Below, one piece after another: positions 56,840-64,000 of a stretch of 64,000 bases of DNA (the stretch's first letter is position 1; every line of letters starts with the position of its first letter). The translations under genes and the position numbers were made by a program. The stretch is from an uncultured Chloroflexia bacterium (GTDB taxonomy: Bacteria; Chloroflexota; Anaerolineae; Anaerolineales; UBA4823). The notes below the pieces were generated by a model. That model was not told where the DNA came from and ran no database searches. It saw nothing but the letters and a program-made list of their open reading frames with translations. The stretch spans positions 6,725 to 70,724 of the forward strand of contig CAWEKR010000002.1 in assembly GCA_963809615.1 (NCBI GenBank), read 5' to 3'.

Positions 56840-59065
56840 ATGAAACCAGAATCAAAAAAATATACTGCGATGGTCGGTGGCAAGCCCATCACCTTCGAAA
56901 CCGGCACGCTTGCCGGTCAGGCCGGCGGTGCAGTCACCGTCAGTCTTGGTGACACGATGATCTTCGCTGCCGCCACAATGAGTTCCGAGGTCCGCCTCGG
57001 GATCGATTATTTCCCCCTCACCGTGGATTATGAAGAGCGTATGTATGCCGGTGGACGCATCCCCGGCTCGTTCTTCCGTCGTGAAGGTCGCCCATCTGAG
57101 GTAGCTATCCTCATTGCCCGCCTCACCGACCGCCCCCTGCGTCCACTTTTCCCCAAAGACCTGCGCAATGACGTCCAGGTGATCCTGTACTCGTTCTCGG
57201 TCGATGGTGAAAACCCAATCGACGCCTTGGCCATCAATGCAGCTTCCACTGCCTTGATGATCTCCGACGTCCCCTGGGGTGGTCCGATTGCAGCCGTGCG
57301 CATCGGTCACATCAATGGTGAGTTTGTGGTTAACCCAACCTCCTCGGAGCAGGACAGGTCTGACCTGGACCTGCGCATCGCCGGCTCGCGTGACGCCATC
57401 CTGATGGTCGAGTGCGGCGCTCAGGAAGTCCCTGAAGCGGTGATGGTAGATGCGTTGAACTTTGGTCACCAATCTATCCAACCCCTGATCGATCTCCAGG
57501 ATCAGATGACCCGCGAGATCGGTAAAGCCAAGCGCCCTTATGTGTCCTACAACCTGGCGGAATCCGTCCAGGCTCCGGTCAACGAGAGGGCAGCCTCTCG
57601 TCTCAAAGATCTCTTGAATGCCCCGCATACCAAGGCCGAGCTGGATGAGGCTATTTCAAAATTGCAGAAGGAAATCGTCACCGAGCTGACCGCCGAGGAT
57701 GCATCCCTCGCCCCCAATATTATCGAAGCGATTGACGAAACCTTGAAAGTGGTTGTTCGCCGGCGTATCACCGATGACCAGGTCCGCCCAGACGGTCGCG
57801 GCCTGACCGATATCCGCCCCATCTGGGGTGAAGTTGGTCTCAGCCCGCGTGCCCACGGATCAGGTCTGTTCACCCGGGGTGAAACCCAGGTGCTCACCCT
57901 GGCGACCCTCGGCACCCCGCGCGATGCCCAGGAGATCGACAGCCTGACGGGCATGGAAGCCAAGCGTTACATGCACCACTACAACTTCCCGCCCTTCTCC
58001 ACCGGAGAAGTTCGCCCTTTGCGCGGTTCCTCCCGGCGTGATGTGGGTCACGGCGCATTGGCAGAACGTGCCCTCGTGCCGGTTCTCCCGTCCGAATCCG
58101 AATTCCCTTACACGCTGCGCCTGGTGTCTGAGGTGCTGTCTTCCAATGGCTCCACCTCCATGGCATCCGTGTGTGGTTCCACCCTGGCATTAATGGATAC
58201 GGGCGTTCCGATCAAGGCCCCCGTCGCCGGTGTTGCTATGGGATTAATCATGGAAGGCGAAAAATATTCCATCCTTACCGATATCATGGGGATGGAAGAC
58301 CACCTGGGTGACATGGATTTTAAAGTCGCCGGCACCCGTGATGGCATCACCGCGTTGCAGATGGATATCAAGATCAAGGGCATCACACCTGAGATCATGG
58401 CGAAAGCCCTCGAACAGGCCCGCGTGGGACGCTTGTTCATCCTGGACAAAATCCTGGAGATCATCCCCGAGCCACGTGCCGAGCTGAAGAGTTTCGCCCC
58501 CCGCATCACCGTCCTTCACATCCCCTCCGAGAAGATCGGCGCAGTCATCGGACCAGGCGGCAAGATCATCCGCAGCATTCAGGAAGAGACCGGCGTCAAG
58601 ATCGATATCGAAGAGGACGGCACAGTCTATATTGCCGCTACCGATGGTCCCGCAGCAGAGCGGGCGCGCGAGATGGTTGAAAGCATCATCGAAGTGCCGG
58701 AAGTTGGGCGCATCTATACCGGCAAAGTGGTCCGCATCACCGACTTCGGCGCTTTCGTCGAGATATTGCCCAACCAGGATGGTCTGGTGCACATCTCCCA
58801 GCTGGACAGCGAGCGCGTGAACAAGGTGGAAGATGTAGTCTCCATGGGAGATGAGATCACCGTCATGATCACCAACATCGATGATATGGGCAAGATCCGC
58901 CTATCCCGCCAGGCAGTCCTCGAAGGCTGGACCCTGGAAGAAGCCAAAGAGCACGACCGCCCATCCGGAGGTCGCTCAGGTGGCTCACGCGGAGGTGGTG
59001 GCAGCGGCGGCAGACGCCCTTACAACCCCAACGGTGGCAACCGCGACCGACGCGATAAGCGCTAA
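56840..59065 (+). CDS. pnp: Polyribonucleotide nucleotidyltransferase
   Basis: [35 protein letters not shown] and S1 domains. Confidence 0.97.
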   Translation: MKPESKKYTAMVGGKPITFETGTLAGQAGGAVTVSLGDTMIFAAATMSSEVRLGIDYFPLTVDYEERMYAGGRIPGSFFRREGRPSEVAILIARLTDRPLRPLFPKDLRNDVQVILYSFSVDGENPIDALAINAASTALMISDVPWGGPIAAVRIGHINGEFVVNPTSSEQDRSDLDLRIAGSRDAILMVECGAQEVPEAVMVDALNFGHQSIQPLIDLQDQMTREIGKAKRPYVSYNLAESVQAPVNERAASRLKDLLNAPHTKAELDEAISKLQKEIVTELTAEDASLAPNIIEAIDETLKVVVRRRITDDQVRPDGRGLTDIRPIWGEVGLSPRAHGSGLFTRGETQVLTLATLGTPRDAQEIDSLTGMEAKRYMHHYNFPPFSTGEVRPLRGSSRRDVGHGALAERALVPVLPSESEFPYTLRLVSEVLSSNGSTSMASVCGSTLALMDTGVPIKAPVAGVAMGLIMEGEKYSILTDIMGMEDHLGDMDFKVAGTRDGITALQMDIKIKGITPEIMAKALEQARVGRLFILDKILEIIPEPRAELKSFAPRITVLHIPSEKIGAVIGPGGKIIRSIQEETGVKIDIEEDGTVYIAATDGPAAERAREMVESIIEVPEVGRIYTGKVVRITDFGAFVEILPNQDGLVHISQLDSERVNKVEDVVSMGDEITVMITNIDDMGKIRLSRQAVLEGWTLEEAKEHDRPSGGRSGGSRGGGGSGGRRPYNPNGGNRDRRDKR

Positions 59066-59078
59066 TTAACCTCAAGGA

Positions 59079-59115
59079 CCCGTTTTCGAACAGAAAACGG
59101 GTTTTGTTTTATTTA
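59079..59115 (+). terminator. Intrinsic terminator after pnp
   Basis: ACCCGTTTTC-gaaca-GAAAACGGGT followed by TTTGTTTTATTT. Confidence 0.85.
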
Positions 59116-59131
59116 TGCTAAAATCAATCCG

Positions 59132-59956
59132 ATGGCCAGGTTTTCCACCACCGCCTATCGCTACCCATATGAGTACCTCATTTTGCTGGTGACCATCGGT
59201 GTCGTCCTGCTGGTGATTGCCTTCACTGCTGCTGCCACCGTATGCGGTAGTGCCATCTTTATCCCCATCGTGGTCGCCGTCGGGTATTTCGCCAGCCGCA
59301 GCAACCACCGGGCACTGCTATCCCAGGCACAGCTGGTCACACCTCAGACCGTGCCGGAAATGGTCCCTTTGATAAAGGAAAATTCCTCCCGGCTGCAGGT
59401 GGAGCCGGTCGACGTCTTCATCGTCCCTTCCAACCGGCTAAATGCCTATACCTTTGGGATAGACAGCCCCAAAGCCATCGTGCTCTACTCGTCCCTGTTC
59501 AAGATCATGGACCAGGACGAGATCCAGTTTGTCCTGGGGCATGAAATGGGGCACGTCAAGCTGGGTCACACCGTGCTGAACACTTTGGTGGGAGGGTTGG
59601 CGGGTATCCCCAGCTCCTACGGTGCCCTGGCCATTATGGAGCTGGCATTCCGCTGGTGGAACCGGGCTTGCGAGTATTCCGCCGACCGGGCAGGTGTCCT
59701 GGCATGCGCCAAGCCTGCCAAGGCGATCACCGCCCTGGTCAAGCTCGAAGCGGGTCCGGCTGCCCGCACGCAGGCTGGGATGCAGGCTGCTATCCAACAC
59801 CTCCAGTCGGAAGATGATGATATCATGCAAAATATTACCGAGCTGCTCGCCTCCCACCCCATGGTCGCCAAGCGTGTCGAGCAAATCCGCCAATTCGCCA
59901 GCTCACCGGAGTACCGCACTTTGCAAGCGAATATGGACCAAAACCTGTCCACATGA
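59132..59956 (+). CDS. M48 family zinc metallopeptidase
   Basis: NAYTFG, HEMGH, EYSAD, SHP....R. Confidence 0.9.
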   Translation: MARFSTTAYRYPYEYLILLVTIGVVLLVIAFTAAATVCGSAIFIPIVVAVGYFASRSNHRALLSQAQLVTPQTVPEMVPLIKENSSRLQVEPVDVFIVPSNRLNAYTFGIDSPKAIVLYSSLFKIMDQDEIQFVLGHEMGHVKLGHTVLNTLVGGLAGIPSSYGALAIMELAFRWWNRACEYSADRAGVLACAKPAKAITALVKLEAGPAARTQAGMQAAIQHLQSEDDDIMQNITELLASHPMVAKRVEQIRQFASSPEYRTLQANMDQNLST

Positions 59957-59982
59957 TCCGGTCCTCACCAACCTAAAAACAC

Positions 59983-61005
59983 ATGGATGTATCCGAATTT
60001 GCCCTACGCATGCCCAAAGCCGAGCTACACGTCCACCTGGAAGGCTCGATCCTGCCGCGCACCCTGCTCAGGCTGGCACAGCGCAACCACATCAGCCTTC
60101 CTGTAAACAATGAAGCAGGGTTGAAACAGTACTATCGCTTCCGCAACTTTGAACAGTTCCTGCAAACCTACCTGATGATCACCGGGTGCCTGCGTACCGA
60201 AGATGATTTTCGCCTGATCGCTTACGAGTTCGGCAGTGAATGCGCCCGCCAGAATATCCGTTATGCTGAGGTTATTTTCACTCCCTTCACCAGCATGTCT
60301 TTGACAGGTATGCCCTGGCAGCAGATCGTGCATGGGTTGAACGCCGGTCGTGAACAGGCAGGGACTGATTTTGGAGTCAGCTGGCAGTGGGTCTTCGATA
60401 TCGTGCGCAACGAGCCTGATACCCAGGCTGCTGCCTTGGAGCTTACCCTGTCAGCTCGCGACCAGGGAGTGGTTGCCCTCGGCCTGGGTGGCCTCGAAAC
60501 AGGCTTTCCTCCGGAGTTATTCATTGATACGTTCCACCGTGCTGAAACCGAAGGCTTACACCGCGTGCCGCATGCGGGTGAGATCGCCGGTCCTGAGAGC
60601 GTGTGGTCTGCGATCAAGCTGCTGCATGCCGAGCGTATAGGGCATGGGGTGCGCAGTATTGAAGATCCGTCGCTGGTCGAATACCTCCGCTCAAGCGCCA
60701 TCCCCCTGGACGTCTGCCCAACCAGCAACATCTGCCTGAACGTCTATCCGAACTACGCCGCCCACCCATTGCGTAAATTGTGGGATGCCGGATTACTGCT
60801 CACCATCGGCTCAGATGACCCGCCCATGTTCGATACCGATTTAAACCATGAGTACCAGCATTTGATTAAGGATTATAATTTCACCCAGCCTGAGCTGGGG
60901 CAGATCAGCTTGAACGCCATCCAGGCCAGTTTCCTCGACCCGGTGGAAAAACACCGGCTGGTGCAGGAATTCCAGGCTGAGTTCAATCGATTATCAGCTA
61001 CTTAA
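59983..61005 (+). CDS. add: Adenosine/adenine deaminase family protein
   Basis: KAELHVHLEGS, PHAGE, RIGHG, SDDP. Confidence 0.9.
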   Translation: MDVSEFALRMPKAELHVHLEGSILPRTLLRLAQRNHISLPVNNEAGLKQYYRFRNFEQFLQTYLMITGCLRTEDDFRLIAYEFGSECARQNIRYAEVIFTPFTSMSLTGMPWQQIVHGLNAGREQAGTDFGVSWQWVFDIVRNEPDTQAAALELTLSARDQGVVALGLGGLETGFPPELFIDTFHRAETEGLHRVPHAGEIAGPESVWSAIKLLHAERIGHGVRSIEDPSLVEYLRSSAIPLDVCPTSNICLNVYPNYAAHPLRKLWDAGLLLTIGSDDPPMFDTDLNHEYQHLIKDYNFTQPELGQISLNAIQASFLDPVEKHRLVQEFQAEFNRLSAT

Positions 61006-61021
61006 TGGTAAATAGTGTGAG

Positions 61022-62113
61022 GTGAATATGACTGCTGAACATGATCCATACAAAGCATTAGCACTCCGGTTGGACAGCCTTCCGAACGGCTTCCCCCCCA
61101 CCGTGGATGGGTCCGAGATAAGAGTTCTAGCCAAGATTTTTACCCCTCAAGAAGCGGAGCTCGCTTCACAGCTTTTGATCAGGCTGGAAACGGCGGATGA
61201 AATCGCTGAGCGATTACAGCGCGAATACAACGCCACGCGCAGCCTGCTCAAAGGAATGGCCTCCCGGGGGTTGATCAGGGGCGGCCGTACGGAAGGTGGG
61301 CTGGGCTATGGTCTCCTGCCGTTCGTGGTGGGTATCTACGAAAATCAAACCGGTGATTTACTGGACGCGGAGCTGGCCGGTTTGTTCGAGGATTACTATA
61401 AGCGCGCATTCGTCAACACGTTAGCAGTACAACCTGCCGTGCATCGCGTCATACCGGTGGGTGAAAATATAAAATTGGATATGCAGGTTGCACCCTTCGA
61501 ATCTGTCGTGGGGATCATTGAGAATGCCAAATCATGGGCGGTGCTCGATTGTATCTGTCGCAAGGAAACCGCCCTGGTCGGAAATGGCTGCAAACACTCC
61601 ATCCGCAACTGCATGGCAATGAGCCCCTCGCCGGAGGCCTTTCATACTACCGACGAAGTAGAGGCAATCACGAAAGAAGAAGCCTATGCCGTACTGCGGC
61701 GCGCAGACATGGAAGGGCTGGTCCACACGGTCAGTAATAACCAGCAGGGCAACTGGTATATCTGCAACTGCTGCACCTGTTCCTGTGGCATCCTGCGGGG
61801 GATGGCGGAGCTGGGGATTGCCAATGTGGTCGCCAGCTCGGCTTTTGTAAATACGGTGGACGCGTTCCTGTGTAACGCCTGTGGACTATGTATTGATAGT
61901 TGCCAATTCGATGCCCTTATTTTAAATGACGTTGTTGGGGTGAGCCAAACGCGTTGTGTCGGATGCGGGGTGTGCGTCGCTGCCTGTCCGGACCAGGCAC
62001 TGATACTGGTACGCCGTCCTGAGAACGAGATCAAACCCGTACCGGTCAGCATTACTGAATGGGGTGAGCAGCGAGCCCAGGCAAGGGGCATCGATCTGAC
62101 TCCCCTGCTGTAA
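61022..62113 (+). CDS. Iron-sulfur protein with a C-terminal 2x[4Fe-4S] domain
   Basis: CICR..C, CNCCTCSC, CNACGLCIDSC, CVGCGVCVAACP; the start may be 61028. Confidence 0.82.
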   Translation: MNMTAEHDPYKALALRLDSLPNGFPPTVDGSEIRVLAKIFTPQEAELASQLLIRLETADEIAERLQREYNATRSLLKGMASRGLIRGGRTEGGLGYGLLPFVVGIYENQTGDLLDAELAGLFEDYYKRAFVNTLAVQPAVHRVIPVGENIKLDMQVAPFESVVGIIENAKSWAVLDCICRKETALVGNGCKHSIRNCMAMSPSPEAFHTTDEVEAITKEEAYAVLRRADMEGLVHTVSNNQQGNWYICNCCTCSCGILRGMAELGIANVVASSAFVNTVDAFLCNACGLCIDSCQFDALILNDVVGVSQTRCVGCGVCVAACPDQALILVRRPENEIKPVPVSITEWGEQRAQARGIDLTPLL

Positions 62114-62148
62114 GGTTTCATTGACTGACTAAGACTTATGCAGCCAGT

Positions 62149-63693
62149 TTATTGACCTTGGGTGGGTAAATATGGCATTTTGGGTCCGGGTATCGCCAGG
62201 CGTTCGGAGAGCGCTGCGCGCATGGCCACCCGGTCATCCCACGGGTATTCAGTCTCCCCGAAGCACATCGATTGCTCGTGCCCCTTGCCACAGGCGATCA
62301 CCACATCGCCGGGGCGTGCCTCCGAAATGGCATAGCGTATCGCTTCACCCCGGTCGGGTATCCTCCAATAATTCTGGCCTTCGATCCCGCCCTTCAATTC
62401 GGCTCCGGCAGCCATCTCATCCAGGATATCTTCCAGCAGCTCGGTGCGCGGGTCTTCAGCTGTGAGGATGGTCAAATCGGCCAGCTCAACCGAGGTTTCG
62501 GCCATCATCCTGCGCTTCTGCCGGTCCCGCAGCCCGGCCGATCCAAAGACCGCAATCACTCGCCCGTGGGTGATCTGCCGTACGGTTTTGAGCGCATTGA
62601 GCAGTGCATTGGGCGTGTGGGCGAAATCAATCATGGCGGTGAAGTCCTGCCCCAGGCGGATCTTTTCCATCCTGCCCGGCACGGTTTGGACTGCATCAAT
62701 CCCCGCCTGGGCATGCTCCTTGCTCAGACCCAGGCAGAAAACAGTGGTAGCGACCGCCGCCAGGCAGTTGGAGATATTAAAATCGCCTATCAGGTGGCAG
62801 TTAATGGGAAATTGCTGGCCCTTTCCGGCTACCTGGAAACGGATCCCATCCACGAGATGCTCGATCTGTTCAGGGCGAATATCCGCCTCAGGGTGGAACC
62901 CGTAGCTGATCGGCGTGCCGGTCGATACCTGGGAAAGATAATCATAGGAAGCATCATCCCGGTTGAGCACCGCCGATTGCAGGTTACCCTGCAGCTTGGG
63001 CAAGGTTGTGCTCAAGTTAATGAAGAGACGTGCCTTGGCCGAGCGATAGGCTTCATAGGAGCCGTGATAATCCAGGTGCTCGTGGGTAATATTCGTTACC
63101 ACCGCCGCATCGAACTCACAGGCATCTACCCGGTATTGAGCCAGTCCATGCGATGTGACCTCCAGGACGACGTGAGTTAGCCCCGCACTCACCATCTGCG
63201 CCAGGTAGCGCTGCACATCCGGCGCATCAGGGGTGGTCACATGGAAGCCGGTATCCAGCTCCCGGTCACCGATCACCGCATTGATCGTGGAAACCATCCC
63301 TGCTCTTATCCCGGCTGCCAGCAGGATCTGGTAAATCATGTTGGTGGTGGTGGTTTTGCCATCCGTCCCGGTCACCCCGATCATGGTCAGCTTGCGCGCA
63401 GGGAAACTATAAAATGCGGCGGCAAGATGGGGAAGGGCTTTCCGGCTGTCTTCCACCTGCAGGTAAGGTACCTTCAAGGCATGCAGCGTTTTTGTACCCA
63501 TGACTGCTGCGGCACCCGCTTGGACCGCCCTCGGGATAAACCTGTGACCATCCACGGATCCACCCTCGAGGGCAACGAAAAGATCTCCCGGGTGCACTGT
63601 CCTGGAATCGGAAGCCAAACCTTTGATGTGGGCATCACCGTTCATCAAGGTGTGAGGGTAGGGGAATTCATGCAGCAGGTCAGTCAGTCTCAT
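62149..63693 (-). CDS. murE: UDP-MurNAc-dipeptide diamino acid ligase MurE
   Basis: GVTGTDGKTTT, TTPDA, LEVTSH, EHLDYH, DFAHTP, GKGHE; start MRLTDLL at 63693. Confidence 0.92.
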   Translation of the reverse strand: MRLTDLLHEFPYPHTLMNGDAHIKGLASDSRTVHPGDLFVALEGGSVDGHRFIPRAVQAGAAAVMGTKTLHALKVPYLQVEDSRKALPHLAAAFYSFPARKLTMIGVTGTDGKTTTTNMIYQILLAAGIRAGMVSTINAVIGDRELDTGFHVTTPDAPDVQRYLAQMVSAGLTHVVLEVTSHGLAQYRVDACEFDAAVVTNITHEHLDYHGSYEAYRSAKARLFINLSTTLPKLQGNLQSAVLNRDDASYDYLSQVSTGTPISYGFHPEADIRPEQIEHLVDGIRFQVAGKGQQFPINCHLIGDFNISNCLAAVATTVFCLGLSKEHAQAGIDAVQTVPGRMEKIRLGQDFTAMIDFAHTPNALLNALKTVRQITHGRVIAVFGSAGLRDRQKRRMMAETSVELADLTILTAEDPRTELLEDILDEMAAGAELKGGIEGQNYWRIPDRGEAIRYAISEARPGDVVIACGKGHEQSMCFGETEYPWDDRVAMRAALSERLAIPGPKMPYLPTQGQ

Positions 63694-63815
63694 GCTAAAT
63701 AAAACGCCCGTGGGTAGCGACCCAGGGCGTCTCCAAAACGAATCTAAAAGCTGGAACAACAACGATCAAAGGTAAATCGTAAGCCAACGTACCTTCTTCA
63801 CCAAGTAACAGCGCT

Positions 63816-64000
63816 TCAGGAGAGGGATTGGCGCAGTGACTCCAGCTGACCTGCCACAGAGGCATCTAAAACTTTACCTCCCACCCGGATGACCAGGCCA
63901 CCCAGGATGCTTGGATCGACACGGAAGGAAACGGTTGCCTGGCTGCCGACCTTGGATAAGACGTCATCTTTGACTGAAGCCATCTCTTCTGATGAAAGCG
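63816..64000 (-). CDS. atpH: ATP synthase delta-domain C-terminus (partial, starts beyond the right edge)
   Basis: Manual translation ...VSFRVDPSILGGLVIRVGGKVLDASVAGQLESLRQSLS*; may belong to an atpF-atpH fusion. Confidence 0.85.
   Translation of the reverse strand, partial: LSSEEMASVKDDVLSKVGSQATVSFRVDPSILGGLVIRVGGKVLDASVAGQLESLRQSLS

Noticed and set aside
37632-63702. Long antisense ORFs opposite the radical SAM gene, proS, pnp and murE
   Set aside because: Expected shadows of GC-rich coding strands; no motifs or translation signals noticed.

Overview
Bacterial chromosomal segment, most likely from an anaerobic Chloroflexota (Anaerolineae-like) organism. This is inferred from a Tad locus with no secretin in the visible part, a PDWL-repeat TPR protein, archaeal-type ProRS and an atp operon broken after the delta domain. 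Left third (1-23 kb, visibly more AT-rich): a Tad/Flp pilus operon (tadC partial, tadB, cpaF, REC-cpaE, cpaB); a 514-bp tandem duplication carrying two flp pilin genes with identical proteins, plus decayed cassette relics; and a DegS-like soluble histidine kinase. These are followed by a block of seven GT-C-like polytopic membrane proteins, a methyltransferase, a Tat-signal DUF362 protein and a prenyltransferase-repeat protein. This block is the best candidate for an undescribed pilus/surface-protein modification system. Two near-identical, intact IS200/IS605 (tnpA+tnpB, IS608-like ends) copies lie at 16356-17980 and 28649-30271. The rest is mostly housekeeping and energy metabolism: rpoD, a Gld-like ABC module (ATPase frameshifted), a K+-independent membrane PPase, a TPR/acidic-repeat protein, ndk, a radical SAM pair, PrsW, tRNA-Arg(CCG), two MFS transporters, a selenocysteine formate dehydrogenase operon (fused NuoE-NuoF frameshifted), a DHH-CBS tRNA nucleotidyltransferase, proS, rpsO-pnp, M48 peptidase, add, murE and the 3' end of an ATP synthase delta domain. 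All calls come from reading motifs by eye; no database searches were run.
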